Source of the DNA: Candidatus Uhrbacteria bacterium
GTDB taxonomy: Bacteria > Patescibacteriota > Patescibacteriia > UBA9934 > GWF2-40-263
Assembly (NCBI GenBank): GCA_043805995.1
Contig: JAZDHJ010000059.1
Span: 71 to 64,070, forward strand
DNA: 64,000 bases
Direction of reading: 5' to 3'
The notes under the pieces were generated by a model. That model searched no databases. It was not told where the DNA came from and was given only the letters and a program-made list of their open reading frames with translations. Shown here piece by piece: positions 18,885 to 30,290 of the stretch; position 1 is the first letter of the stretch; each line of letters starts with the position of its first letter. The translations under genes and the position numbers were made by a program.

Positions 18885-19772
18885 CTACAACCTTCCTTCC
18901 CCAAGCGGATTGTAACCACCGTCTATTTCGACCTTATCGGAATAACCATCGCCGTCGGTATCAGATTTGGCTGGATCGGTTTTGTATTTATGATACTCGT
19001 CATAGTCAGAAAGTCCATCACTATCTGAATCTATGTTTTCATCACTGATGCCAAGTCGTTTTTCAATTGACGCGTCAAGATTATCCAAATCTTTATCACC
19101 AACCCCAACCGAATCAACGCAACCGCCCTGATCTTGGGGGTTCGACAAAAGCATGCACTGGCCAGGATCTCTGGACGCAATCGCCTTACTTAAGGCTTCT
19201 TGTCTAGTACAAATACTCGGATCAATACCAGTTCCTTGGCATCCTTTTTGCTGAGCAATCTGTTCAGAGACAGTATTAATACATCTGGTTTTACCAATTT
19301 CGCTATTAATTTTTTCGCACCAAGACAAATCTAAATTCACCCCAGCCAAACTTCGATAAACCGTATCCTGACAACCGGTTTGTTTTTCCTTGATTGGAAT
19401 ATTTTTACAGGCTTCAGGATCATTTTCTTGTAAAGCTATTTTCCAAACACAAGTCACCAAAGAGTCATCGGTCAGCTTATTGCAAATTTCAGCTGAACCG
19501 ATTGAACCGGCACTCATTTCCACCATATCAGCTCGACACTGTTCAGGAATTTTAGCTTGATCGCATTCAGACAAAGTTCGGTCCAACTCCAAACTTACTC
19601 GTTCAATGACCGCGGCCTGCTGACCAGCTTCGGTTTTTGTCGAAATCAACCACCTGGCCCCAAAAATAATCAAAATGATAAGAATAACCGTGCCACCAAT
19701 TATAGCAATTGTCTTCCAAGAAATAGGCCCTCGGGTAGGCGCATATTGATCAAAACCGTTCATAAAAAGCAA
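18885..19772 (-). CDS. Membrane-anchored Cys-rich extracellular protein with C-terminal TSP3-like repeats
   Basis: N-terminal TM helix TIAIIGGTVILIILIIFGARWLI; more than 20 Cys; C-terminus DSDSDGLSDYDE...DTDGDGYSDKVEIDGGYNPLGEGRL; start is 4 nt from the giant gene stop. Confidence 0.6.
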   Translation of the reverse strand: MLFMNGFDQYAPTRGPISWKTIAIIGGTVILIILIIFGARWLISTKTEAGQQAAVIERVSLELDRTLSECDQAKIPEQCRADMVEMSAGSIGSAEICNKLTDDSLVTCVWKIALQENDPEACKNIPIKEKQTGCQDTVYRSLAGVNLDLSWCEKINSEIGKTRCINTVSEQIAQQKGCQGTGIDPSICTRQEALSKAIASRDPGQCMLLSNPQDQGGCVDSVGVGDKDLDNLDASIEKRLGISDENIDSDSDGLSDYDEYHKYKTDPAKSDTDGDGYSDKVEIDGGYNPLGEGRL

Positions 19773-19775
19773 AAG

Positions 19776-22700
19776 TTATCTGATCGGACAATAGTTTAAA
19801 CTTATATTACTAATGTTAATTGTACCAGTTCCGTTAAAATCAAATTTTATTGGAATCTCACTTTCTGTGGCGCCGTTACAAGCAAAACCTTCTGGGAAAG
19901 GTATGGTTACACCATTACCTTCGGTTACTGGCCCAGAAGTTATATGAGTTCTGTTATTAACTTCCGTGGTTAATCCAATATGCATATTTACAATGCTCCC
20001 AAGTATTGAATCGAACATTGATGTAAAACCCGAAGCTGTGGTGGCCGAATAGGCATACTCAACACCGTCTTCAGCGTTCTCACGACAATCGGTAACACTT
20101 TCAAAAGGATCGTTGGCTGGATAATTGCAAGACTGCGGGATAGATTCACTACAATAACCATCGATATCATCATCACTAAAAATACAGTTACCTTCGGCAC
20201 ACTGACTATCGTCCCAACAATCGTAGAGTTCTTCCTCATCATTAAGATCCTCGCAATAACCTATTATTCCATCGTTACAAACTGAATCACGGTGATCCTC
20301 TTCTACGTCTGCACATGTAATTGTCGGATCGTTTGAGCAACCGCCTAAACTGCTACACGATGGATAATCTCCACCGCAAGTCGTTCCATCCAGACTGCAC
20401 GTTCCAAGGGCAGAAGAGTTTGTGTCACAGTCATCACTGGAAAAATGTCTCATGTAGCCCAGAACGGTATCAGAATCATCCAGAGGTAAGGCGGCCGAAT
20501 AAACTTTAATTCCAGCTGCCGTTAACTCATTAGTAACAACTCGAGCTTCATCCGCGGCTGTGTCAATAAATTCAGAATAAGCCTCGCCATATGAACCATC
20601 TGACATTCTGACATTTGGCAAACCGTCGCTTAAAAGGATAACGATTTTACTTTGAGCATTCGAACGTGATAATAAATCTTTTGCGCATAACAAACCCGCA
20701 GCTGTTGGTGTTCCATTCTGTAAACGAGAAGCATAAGAAACAACACCGTGATCCGAATCATACAAAAGATCACTTTGGATATTTGTAAAACCCGCATCAG
20801 TAAACGCCAATGGCACCGCATCGTCTCTGCTGGTAACACAAGCCGAGGCAAGAATTGCCAGACCTTGATCAGTTGTCAGACCTTGATCCCAAAGGCTTTC
20901 TTCACCAGAAAAACTGACTAACGCAATTCGCAATTCATCAATATGATCAAAAAGGTCGTCTATTGTTTGAGATAAAACTTCGGTCGCAACACTAATACTG
21001 GTTCCAGGAGCCATTGGCGTATTTGTGTAACCCATAGTAGTGGAGAGATCGGTCACAAAAACAATGTCAGTAGAAGGCGGTGTCCAATTAGTGGTATCGA
21101 TATCGGCGGTTATAGCTGTGCCTATTTCGCAAGCCGGAATAAATAACGTTGCCAAATCAGGACTGTTACCGGCCCGATTATTAAAATCATAAAGATCGGC
21201 GCTGGTTTGTTTGGAAGCTCCGGCTAATTCGGTTTGAATCAAAATCGAAGTTGATTCATAAGTTGTCGGACAAGTAGCGTCGCAGCTATTGGCGCAAGCC
21301 GGCTCAACACAAATTCCCGCGTCGCCAGACTCATCTAATCCGCATTCCTTAGAACTGCTATATGATCCGACCACATTCACACACGGTTCGGCATTGTAAT
21401 AATATTGGTTTGTCGATTCATAACCCCCATTACAAGCTCCAACGTTTTCACAAGTATAACCCGTGGCACAGTCGGCTGGTTGTTCACAGACTGAACCAAT
21501 AATACGTAAACTTGGATCGATTGAACCGCTGAAACAGTACCTGGGAGAATCGACACCATCGCAAAACTCGCCGGTCTGGACAGTTGCATCGCCGCAGTAG
21601 GCACCAGAAACTGTGGTGTACTGACAATTTATGTTGCAATAAGAACAAGTGTCATCATATTCTGGTGAGCAAACATCACCATTTTCATTTCCATTGTCAC
21701 AGGTTTCGTGACCGGCATAAACATAATCATCACCACAAACACTGACTGTACATTCAGAAGTACAATCATCGGTACTATCATCATTACCATCATCGCATTC
21801 TTCATCACCTTCTAAAATTCCATTACCGCAAACTTGATCGCCACCCAAACAAGCGGTCCAAGTTTCCCAAGTACAAGTCGCGCCAGGGGCGTCATTGCAA
21901 GTTCTGGTACGTGACAGTTGATACTCGGCCGAGCTGCAGGTACCGTTTGCGGCCGCGCAATCCGAACCACAAGGATAACCATCTTTAATTCCTCCATCGC
22001 TGCTCTCGCAAACTCTGGCAATATTACAAGCTTGAAATCCCGTAGCGTTACCGCAAACTCCACCGGTTCCGCAATCACTGTCCACGGTGCATTCTTCATT
22101 AATATTGGTTCCGGCGCTACAAAGACTGCCACTCCACGATTCGTAACCACCATCACAGACTTCGGGACCATTCAGCTCACCGTCACCGCAAGACGGACCC
22201 GGGAAGGTGCAATCAAAAGCGCAAGTATCGTCGTAAGTTGTATCGTACTGACCATTGGCGGCGTCACAACTGTTGATAGAGGCCCAACTGGTGGCAGGCA
22301 GATTTGAAGACCAATTGATGGTTGAATAGCAATCACATTCTTCACCACCAGCAATAAAACCATCGCCGCAAGAAAAAGAACCACCGTTACAGCTTTGACT
22401 ACAATGACCATAAGTACCATTTTCTTCTCCGTCGTCACAAAGTTCTGTTCCCTCTTTTACGCCATTACCACAAGAATAAGGAATGCAAGCCGACGTGGCC
22501 GCTGTCTGCCAAGCGCAAGTGCTAACTGAATTCACCATTGTTTCCACACAACCAATATTTTGAGTACCTCCTGTACAAGTTCGAGATTCGTATTCACCGA
22601 TTTCACAAACCTCGGCCTCGTTAACAGTTAACGTATTTGGATTATCTGTTGCCTTAACCCCATCTCCACAACGAGACGAAGAAGTTCCCATGGTTACATT

Positions 22701-25700
22701 ACTACACATTGGTCCGGTTGTTTGAAAACCGCCCGATGTTGCCGGATTTGTTAATGCCGATTCTGCTGAAGATGATGTATAAGCATACTCAGCATAAAGC
22801 GTGGCGTTGTCGGCTGAGTCGTCATCAAGTGAGTAACCCCAGGTTCCGATAATATCACTGCCTTCAAGTTGTACGCCTAATTTATAAGCCACGCCGCCAA
22901 GATTTTGGTAAAGATAAACGTGCGAGCCCTCATGACAAGTAAATTGCCCGGCCGCACTGTCCCAACAATAATTTTCATCGGCACCGGCATGACAACCAAC
23001 AAATTCATTTATTGGATCCGTCGGCAAAGTTGTCCCCAAAGCATTATCTAATTCTGATGTCCATGAAGGCCAAGTGCTGGTAGTAAAAGATGAAAGGAAG
23101 GTACCGCTAATTAATGGCGGCACGTGTTGCTGACAAATTTCATTACCCGGACAATCATCATCTTCGCCGCACAACTGATCGGAGGTTACCGAACAATAAC
23201 TGAAAAGCTGACCATAATTATCAATAATCGTGGCGATTTTACGAGCGTCGGTTAAACGTTTTAAATCTCGAGTCAATTTAGCTTTTTCTCCATCACAAAA
23301 AGCCGAGTCGTCAGTTATTGTTCCACCAGACTGAGTTACTCCCTGACAATCACCGTCCCAATCGCAGGAGACGAGATTTTCGTCTGTATCGTAAACGTAA
23401 TTTACACTTATGGAATCCTCAGTACCTCGACTTTTACAGACATTATCGGAACAAAAGAGTGAACCAGCGCCCGCATCGCATTCTTCGTTTAAAGTGCAGG
23501 GATAAGGTTGACCATCTGAATCAAGAACGGTTTCTTCTGTCGGCAAAGTTATGGTAACAGAATCTTTACAAACATTTACATCGGTGATTACCGAATCGTT
23601 GGTGTTGAAAGTCCAACTATCCAAAACTTGACCAAAAATATTTTCCATTTCGTCACTTGCACCCTCATTATAAGAAATGACGTAAATATTTGGATAAAGA
23701 ATTTTTGTCGAAGTGACTGGATCATTAGAATTGACTGCGGAAACATAATAAGTATTTCCGTCTTGTACCGCTTCGTAACCATCAACAGTGGTCTCTGAAG
23801 GTGAGCCGGTAAAACCTTGATCGGCAAACCAATCGGCTGGAGTAAGATAATTAGGATTTGGTAAAACCCGAACGCCGATGGCGTCGTTATTTGCCAAAAA
23901 GAGCAATTCTTTAAAGATTGTGGTCGAAGCAACCGAGGTTACTTCCCTCACAGTTAAGCTAGGTAAGAGATCAGTTGAACCGGCTTGATCTCGACAGTAG
24001 GAGAAGGCGAAATTGGTGAAATTACCGGTAGCCGACAAACCAAGTTCGACAGCACTAGAGCTCGTGTCTTCAAAACGATAACTACCACCAGTCCTTCTGG
24101 TGGCCGGCCAAGGATTGCTGCAAAGGAAAGTTGTCAAATCAGTTTGACCTGTAACAGATGCATTGACTGTTCTGCCGGAAGAATCAACACTTGTGATATT
24201 TGCCGAGATAACAGCCTGAACCGTTCCATCCTGAGTTTCCGAAGTGGCAGTAGTTGTTCCGGTACCAGTGGCAGCTGGAATGTTCACAATGGTTTCATCG
24301 CTAGCTTCAGTTGAACTCCAAGCACCCCAAGCCCAAGAATAAACACCTGTTATGCTTTGAATCTGTGAGGCCACGGCTCCGTTTAGTGTGAATCCAGCGG
24401 CTGTCAAAGTATGTTGTTCGCCGGTTGATGAGAAAAACCCTGGACTCGGATCTTCATAAATATCGGCACCGATTATTCCGTTATCAATAACCGAAACGTA
24501 ATCAAGAGTACAAATATCTGCCCTGGTCACAAACATGCTTGATTCATTGTTTAACAAATCAACGCCGTCAGCGCTCATCGCTCCGTTTGTATAAGTACCG
24601 GTTGAATTAGACTCACCCATTATGAATAAACTATATTCAGCGTTGGCCACCAAAGCTTCTGGCAAATCAAGGCCAATTTTTGTGGGAGTTACCAGGGTAT
24701 AATTTACCGGCACCAGACAGGCTGAAATTGTCGTGGCTTGAGCACCAAAAATTTGCAAAATATTATCTCTTAACCAATGCCAGGCCCGAACCAACAAATT
24801 TTCATCTTCGTTATTTTCCAAAGTCAAAGAAACAACAGAAGTATAAGACTCCGGGCATTCTGTCAAATCGTCAACAGAATTACCGGCCGTACAACTAGCG
24901 TCTATACAATCTATTTTATTCAATTTCAAATACAAAGTACCTGAATTTTTTACAGCCTCAACATCCATTGGTTGACTGAAATTAACCCAAACTGCCGTAT
25001 TACGACAAACACTTGTCGCACTAATCTCTGGATAACGTCCGAGAACCGTCGGACGACTAAAACAACAACTGGAATTACCGCAGCCGTAACTATTTGCATC
25101 AGTAGTAGAATTGCAGCTGGCATCGGTGGTACAAGAACACTGCAAAGTTAAATAACCATCGCCTGTTTTATTACTTACATCTTCTTTGGCTGTAATTTTC
25201 GAAGAAGCAGAATTTCCTCCCTGGTCGCGAATCTCTTGTTGCGCCGTGTTGGAAATATAAGCCAAGACAAAAGGAGCAATCCTTGTTGCACTGGCCGAAG
25301 TTGCCTCGCACTCTTCCCCAGTTTCCCTGACACCATTACCACAAACAGCGCGACGAGAATCACTTGAACCTTCGGACAAACAGCTGGAAGAACAACCGTC
25401 GCCGCTCACAGAATTTTCATCATCACAATCTTCGCCAGTCTGAGGAACACCGCCGTTACCACACAGCGAATTATAAATAGACGAGGAACCTTCGTTCGTA
25501 CAACTCGATGAACAACCGTCACTGTTTGTAGTGTTTTCGTCATCGCAATCTTCGCCTCCTTCAACAACACCGTCGCCACAAATGGCCGGATAATTACTTC
25601 TTGATTCAGAACCAAGATTCAAACAATTCGCAGAACAATTATTGGCCGAATTTTCATTACCATAATCGCATTCCTCGCCACCAGCTTGATCGCTATGGGC

Positions 25701-28700
25701 CACATCACCGTTTCCGCAAGTTGTACCAACCGAAGAAGCACCAACAGATAAACAAGTTGCTGAACAACCAGGATGACTAGTCAATGCCGGATGGCCTGTC
25801 GACGCCCCAAAATCACAATCTTCACCTGCATTAATGGTTCCATTACCACAAGTTGAACCCGTTGTTCCTATATTCAAACAAGTTGTGGAACAACCAATAC
25901 CACCGTCGCAATCTTCACCCGGTTCTACACATTGCCCATTATTGACATTACATTTTTCGCCGACGCTACAATCACTGTCTGCATCACAATCAAAAACTGC
26001 ATTGTTACCGCAAATGGCCACCGGTGCCGGCGAACCGGTATTTAGACAAAGACTAGAACAACCTACTGGCAAACTTGAAGCGACCCTTAGAGGACTTGTT
26101 CCGCTATAACCAAACAGAGAAGCCACGGTTGCGATTGTGTCGGCCAATTGTCCCTCGTAATCTGTAGCCGTCCAAGCTTCCCAATTATATCCGGAAGCAA
26201 TCAGACGCTGACCTTCGTCAGAACAGTCGTCGGCTGTACCGAATGGCACAGCGGTAAATCGCTGGATATCACCGATTCTTTGCAAAGTGGCCGAGCTTGG
26301 TTCAACTTCAACCCGATCCACTTCGCAGGTAGCATCACCGGTCGTAAAAGTCCAAGTAAGATCACCGTTATACCAAGCCATGTCTCCAACAGCCTCGGCC
26401 AAAGTGGAACCGCTGTCTGATTCGGCATCTTTAGAAACCGTCACGCGGTATGAAGTGTTGGCAATTAAATCAGAGTGGTTAATTATTAATTGATAAATTC
26501 CATTTATAGCATCACCTGTATAAACCGGTGAAATGTGTAAACTGGAAGTTACATCGGTTACTTCGTCTGGAGCGCAGGCTTCGTCTTCACATCCAAACAA
26601 CTTGACTCGATTGTTAGCAAAAGTGTCGACTTTCATGGCCAGATTAAATGTGAGACCAATCTCGGCATTCAAACAAGCCTCGGAACAACTTGGCCAATAA
26701 TTACTAACTTGCGGATCAGAAAAATTAATGGTTAATTCACCAGAACCATCGACGCTTCTTTCACCCCCATTACCATAGTTAAGTTCAAACCAAATTGAAA
26801 CAGGCGATCCGACGGCGGTTTCTTGATACGGCAAAGCCAAGGCGTCGCATATGGAATCCTGCACTCCAACCGTGTTCGGATCTATATCGGCCGCTCTATC
26901 TACAACTGCAGCTTTGGTACTGTTTCTTGAACCGAAATCCCAAAAATTATCCCCGGAATCGCAAGTTAAAAGAGTGCATTCGTATTCCTCTGACACCGGT
27001 GTAGCCGAATAAACTACGGCCCCTGTGCAAGTTAAATCACCCGCCTGACAAATACTATTGGCAGTATACTCAGCCGGATCAACTAAAACCCCCCCAACCG
27101 TACAAGGCTCGCCGTCGGCCGAGGTTTCAAAATACCAGACATAATTTTGCAGCATACCCAAACCTCTTGCACTTAAAACACCGGTTTCGCCACCAGAAAC
27201 TGTTACCTGGTAACGTTTACCCGGGAGCCAACCAGATCCTTCCGGATAATTTGGTTGCCAAAAAAAGCTCCGACTGGTCGGACTCGAAGCCACAGTCATT
27301 GGTACAACTGTCGTGCAGGAATCGCCGACGCATTCTTTAACTAAAATAGTACTGGCCGTAAAAGTTGACGAATTCATGTCCTCGGTAAAAGACACGTGCA
27401 ATATTGCATCTGAACAAACATCTGTGCCACCCTCCCAACCTTCATAAGGCGACGGTGAAACGATTCTTGGGGAGACGCCCGGCGCTGAACACTCCACTTG
27501 AATTGCCGGATTATGTGGAATATCACCGGTGGAAAAACGATAAGCATAATGGGCAGCAAAAGATTCTGCCCCACCACAGCCTAAAGTTGTAGACGAACAA
27601 GCTCCAGTATCGCAACATTCTTGACCGGTAGCACAAGTAAAATCAACATCGCACATTCCAACCTGAAAATTTATAGAATTTGATTCTTGTCCGTCCTTAT
27701 CGACTATAAAAACCGGACCGGTTTCAGTACCTTCTGGCACTGACATTGGATGAGCAATATTACCGAGAATCTGACCGTCGTCCCAAGTAACCGGAGTCGG
27801 GGTGACCTCTACGCCATTATAAAATTCCACTTTTCCAAAAGGAGCCACCGTGCCGGCATCGTCCTCAAATCCCTCACCATAAATCGCCACAGTTGTACCC
27901 ACCGGACCAGCGTCTGGAACCAAAGCACAAATACCAGGCGAGGCCTCACCAGCAGTCACCAAAAAATCGATAGTATCCGAAGACAAGCCACCACGCACCA
28001 CCCATAAATCATGCAAACCGGCAACTACTGCCGGACTGGTTTGAGTTAAGCCATAAACCGCCGGAACCTTGATGACAATTGTGTCGTCTGACCAATAAAC
28101 CGATTCGCAAGCGTCAGGAAAATTATTATTGCCAAGCCCTTCGTATTCAGTTGATTGATTTTGAAAACGAACCGTGCCTTGAGTGGTGCCAAAATTTGAG
28201 CCATAAATTGTTACGTATTGTCCGGCCGGACCGGCATCAAGACAAGACGAACCACCGCAATCCGCATCGCTTGAACAAAGAACTGTGGAATCATTAACAC
28301 AACGCCTTAAACCAGAATCAACATCGATAATAACCGGCGGTTCGGTATTGGAAGAAGTGCTAACCGCAAATTCTTTAACATTGGAGCCTTGGCGGCTATC
28401 AGCCTCACCGGAAAAAAATTGAACATCATAAAAACCACTGTCCAAAAGCGGCGAAATGACAGAAAAAGAAGTTCCATCAGAATTCCAATTGGCATAACTG
28501 GCGGCTTCGTAACTGCCAAAATAAAAAGTGGAATTGCTCAATTCAGCACCAAAATTTTTTCCAGATACCGCCACAGAATCACCACCCTGACCCGCATTCG
28601 GCGATATATTACAAATACCTGGTCGAACTGTAGTATTCACGTCAAAATCACCAATGACAGATCCGTTATCATCATTAGTTTGGTCAAATTTATCATTAAC

Positions 28701-30284
28701 ACTATTTGTAACCTTAATTGGACCGTCTTTGGCACCGGTTGGAACTTGAACAACTATTTCGCTATCCGACCACCAATCACCGCAAGCAGAATTAGAATTA
28801 ATTAATACACTTTCATTGTCACTGACCCCAAGAAAAATTACCGTACCAGCTGTCGTACCAAAACCACTGCCGGAAATGGTAATCAGATTACCTTCAGCTC
28901 CATCGCCAGGCGAAACTCTTTCAATTTCAATCGTGCTGGTGCAAATTCCGTTTTCACAATTACCAGAACGACAGTCGCCATCGTTATAACATTCAGCGCC
29001 ATCACAAGCTCCACAATAATATTCACCGGTGCCGCCGCAGTCGCAAGGTTCTGGATCAACACAAGTACCTGTTTCATAATAAGGATCACCTGAATCAGAA
29101 ATATCGTTATCGCAAGTCGCCGCTCGCAACATTACATTAACCGAACCCGAATCTGAATTTCCGGCACAATCGCTACCCTCGGCCACAATTGTGTACTCAT
29201 GATTAGTAACTTCGCCCGTTGTATTCCACCAACCATCAAAATAATAAGTATCCGGAACAAGCGAATCGGCGGTTCGATAGCTGGTGCTATAAACATCGTC
29301 GCCGCCAACCCAAAAAGTTACCAATGACACACCGACATCATCGACAACTTTCGCTTGCAACGGTTCAGCTCGATCAGCAAAAAGTGAATCACCGGTTGAA
29401 GGACGTTGCATGGTTACGATTGGAGCCGAAACATCCAAACCGCTACCGGTTGTAAAAGAAAAGTCGCAAGGAAAATCTTCGTTCGAACAATCAATTTGAT
29501 AACCGGCTGAACTTTCAAGTGTTGGATCGATAGTTACATCAAAAGTTGTATTTGGTTCGAAACAGAAGAAACCGGAGACGTCTTCGCAAGAATCAAGCGG
29601 AGTAAAAATAAAAGTTTGAGCACTTAAAGCAGTACCGCCAACGGCTGTAAAAGTTCCGGCCACTTCATCGCCAGCTATATCGATTCTAATTTTACTGTTT
29701 TCGGTAATTTCGGCTTTATTGACTCGTTGACTAAAGACAAATCTGGGTTGATAATTTTGAATGGTGGCGGCGCAAGCCGTATCTAAAGGATTCAAAACAA
29801 AAGTTGTTGTCCAATCCGGAACCTCCCAACACTCGGAACCGACACATCCATTTTCTTCTGAAACATTAGTTTCAACACCGCCCCCCATAGCCGTGGTAAT
29901 CCTCGAGATAAAAAACTGAGCAATGGCAAAAGAAGATAAAATTATTACCAAACCAATCAAAGCATTCTTCATTACCGCCTTGGCTTTTTTTATTTTTTCC
30001 TCTTCCCCACCAGCCGTGGTCCACAAAAAACCGGCGTAAATTACAAAACAAACAGCCACCACACCAACAAACCCAAGCGCCACTCGAATTATATTGGCGA
30101 TGAGCAAAACCAAACTAACATTGGCCAAACCGGCTGTTGAAGCAAAGTTTGCACCATTGGTTCCGCCAAACAATTCGTTGGTTGAAACCGTGGCTGCTAA
30201 GGCCGAGTGCGAAACCAAGAAAACAGCGGCCGAAAATAGCACGGCGACCAGAATGATTTTAAGTGAGGGGTGAAAATTTTTCAC
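19776..30284 (-). CDS. Giant surface protein (3502 aa): VirB2/TrbC-like pilin-fold N-terminal membrane module, IPT/TIG-like repeats, many Myxococcus-type Cys-rich repeats, vWA domain
   Basis: N-terminus: signal peptide, then two hydrophobic helices flanking a KIKKAKAV basic loop, the same architecture as the two upstream genes. Repeated xISGSGFGTTAGTVIF / VTIYGSNFGTTQGTVRF (IPT/TIG-like). More than 10 CGNGxxExGEECDDGNxxxxDGCSxxC units. VTDLSTTMGY...ALVSFSGE...ILLSDG matches vWA/MIDAS. Confidence 0.75.
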   Translation of the reverse strand: MKNFHPSLKIILVAVLFSAAVFLVSHSALAATVSTNELFGGTNGANFASTAGLANVSLVLLIANIIRVALGFVGVVAVCFVIYAGFLWTTAGGEEEKIKKAKAVMKNALIGLVIILSSFAIAQFFISRITTAMGGGVETNVSEENGCVGSECWEVPDWTTTFVLNPLDTACAATIQNYQPRFVFSQRVNKAEITENSKIRIDIAGDEVAGTFTAVGGTALSAQTFIFTPLDSCEDVSGFFCFEPNTTFDVTIDPTLESSAGYQIDCSNEDFPCDFSFTTGSGLDVSAPIVTMQRPSTGDSLFADRAEPLQAKVVDDVGVSLVTFWVGGDDVYSTSYRTADSLVPDTYYFDGWWNTTGEVTNHEYTIVAEGSDCAGNSDSGSVNVMLRAATCDNDISDSGDPYYETGTCVDPEPCDCGGTGEYYCGACDGAECYNDGDCRSGNCENGICTSTIEIERVSPGDGAEGNLITISGSGFGTTAGTVIFLGVSDNESVLINSNSACGDWWSDSEIVVQVPTGAKDGPIKVTNSVNDKFDQTNDDNGSVIGDFDVNTTVRPGICNISPNAGQGGDSVAVSGKNFGAELSNSTFYFGSYEAASYANWNSDGTSFSVISPLLDSGFYDVQFFSGEADSRQGSNVKEFAVSTSSNTEPPVIIDVDSGLRRCVNDSTVLCSSDADCGGSSCLDAGPAGQYVTIYGSNFGTTQGTVRFQNQSTEYEGLGNNNFPDACESVYWSDDTIVIKVPAVYGLTQTSPAVVAGLHDLWVVRGGLSSDTIDFLVTAGEASPGICALVPDAGPVGTTVAIYGEGFEDDAGTVAPFGKVEFYNGVEVTPTPVTWDDGQILGNIAHPMSVPEGTETGPVFIVDKDGQESNSINFQVGMCDVDFTCATGQECCDTGACSSTTLGCGGAESFAAHYAYRFSTGDIPHNPAIQVECSAPGVSPRIVSPSPYEGWEGGTDVCSDAILHVSFTEDMNSSTFTASTILVKECVGDSCTTVVPMTVASSPTSRSFFWQPNYPEGSGWLPGKRYQVTVSGGETGVLSARGLGMLQNYVWYFETSADGEPCTVGGVLVDPAEYTANSICQAGDLTCTGAVVYSATPVSEEYECTLLTCDSGDNFWDFGSRNSTKAAVVDRAADIDPNTVGVQDSICDALALPYQETAVGSPVSIWFELNYGNGGERSVDGSGELTINFSDPQVSNYWPSCSEACLNAEIGLTFNLAMKVDTFANNRVKLFGCEDEACAPDEVTDVTSSLHISPVYTGDAINGIYQLIINHSDLIANTSYRVTVSKDAESDSGSTLAEAVGDMAWYNGDLTWTFTTGDATCEVDRVEVEPSSATLQRIGDIQRFTAVPFGTADDCSDEGQRLIASGYNWEAWTATDYEGQLADTIATVASLFGYSGTSPLRVASSLPVGCSSLCLNTGSPAPVAICGNNAVFDCDADSDCSVGEKCNVNNGQCVEPGEDCDGGIGCSTTCLNIGTTGSTCGNGTINAGEDCDFGASTGHPALTSHPGCSATCLSVGASSVGTTCGNGDVAHSDQAGGEECDYGNENSANNCSANCLNLGSESRSNYPAICGDGVVEGGEDCDDENTTNSDGCSSSCTNEGSSSIYNSLCGNGGVPQTGEDCDDENSVSGDGCSSSCLSEGSSDSRRAVCGNGVRETGEECEATSASATRIAPFVLAYISNTAQQEIRDQGGNSASSKITAKEDVSNKTGDGYLTLQCSCTTDASCNSTTDANSYGCGNSSCCFSRPTVLGRYPEISATSVCRNTAVWVNFSQPMDVEAVKNSGTLYLKLNKIDCIDASCTAGNSVDDLTECPESYTSVVSLTLENNEDENLLVRAWHWLRDNILQIFGAQATTISACLVPVNYTLVTPTKIGLDLPEALVANAEYSLFIMGESNSTGTYTNGAMSADGVDLLNNESSMFVTRADICTLDYVSVIDNGIIGADIYEDPSPGFFSSTGEQHTLTAAGFTLNGAVASQIQSITGVYSWAWGAWSSTEASDETIVNIPAATGTGTTTATSETQDGTVQAVISANITSVDSSGRTVNASVTGQTDLTTFLCSNPWPATRRTGGSYRFEDTSSSAVELGLSATGNFTNFAFSYCRDQAGSTDLLPSLTVREVTSVASTTIFKELLFLANNDAIGVRVLPNPNYLTPADWFADQGFTGSPSETTVDGYEAVQDGNTYYVSAVNSNDPVTSTKILYPNIYVISYNEGASDEMENIFGQVLDSWTFNTNDSVITDVNVCKDSVTITLPTEETVLDSDGQPYPCTLNEECDAGAGSLFCSDNVCKSRGTEDSISVNYVYDTDENLVSCDWDGDCQGVTQSGGTITDDSAFCDGEKAKLTRDLKRLTDARKIATIIDNYGQLFSYCSVTSDQLCGEDDDCPGNEICQQHVPPLISGTFLSSFTTSTWPSWTSELDNALGTTLPTDPINEFVGCHAGADENYCWDSAAGQFTCHEGSHVYLYQNLGGVAYKLGVQLEGSDIIGTWGYSLDDDSADNATLYAEYAYTSSSAESALTNPATSGGFQTTGPMCSNVTMGTSSSRCGDGVKATDNPNTLTVNEAEVCEIGEYESRTCTGGTQNIGCVETMVNSVSTCAWQTAATSACIPYSCGNGVKEGTELCDDGEENGTYGHCSQSCNGGSFSCGDGFIAGGEECDCYSTINWSSNLPATSWASINSCDAANGQYDTTYDDTCAFDCTFPGPSCGDGELNGPEVCDGGYESWSGSLCSAGTNINEECTVDSDCGTGGVCGNATGFQACNIARVCESSDGGIKDGYPCGSDCAAANGTCSSAEYQLSRTRTCNDAPGATCTWETWTACLGGDQVCGNGILEGDEECDDGNDDSTDDCTSECTVSVCGDDYVYAGHETCDNGNENGDVCSPEYDDTCSYCNINCQYTTVSGAYCGDATVQTGEFCDGVDSPRYCFSGSIDPSLRIIGSVCEQPADCATGYTCENVGACNGGYESTNQYYYNAEPCVNVVGSYSSSKECGLDESGDAGICVEPACANSCDATCPTTYESTSILIQTELAGASKQTSADLYDFNNRAGNSPDLATLFIPACEIGTAITADIDTTNWTPPSTDIVFVTDLSTTMGYTNTPMAPGTSISVATEVLSQTIDDLFDHIDELRIALVSFSGEESLWDQGLTTDQGLAILASACVTSRDDAVPLAFTDAGFTNIQSDLLYDSDHGVVSYASRLQNGTPTAAGLLCAKDLLSRSNAQSKIVILLSDGLPNVRMSDGSYGEAYSEFIDTAADEARVVTNELTAAGIKVYSAALPLDDSDTVLGYMRHFSSDDCDTNSSALGTCSLDGTTCGGDYPSCSSLGGCSNDPTITCADVEEDHRDSVCNDGIIGYCEDLNDEEELYDCWDDSQCAEGNCIFSDDDIDGYCSESIPQSCNYPANDPFESVTDCRENAEDGVEYAYSATTASGFTSMFDSILGSIVNMHIGLTTEVNNRTHITSGPVTEGNGVTIPFPEGFACNGATESEIPIKFDFNGTGTINISNISLNYCPIR

Positions 30285-30290
30285 AAAATT

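Noticed and set aside
21918-22438. Multiple 60-130-aa ORFs on both strands inside the giant gene
   Set aside because: They are embedded within a continuous 10.5-kb ORF with coherent domain content, and are typical shadow ORFs.
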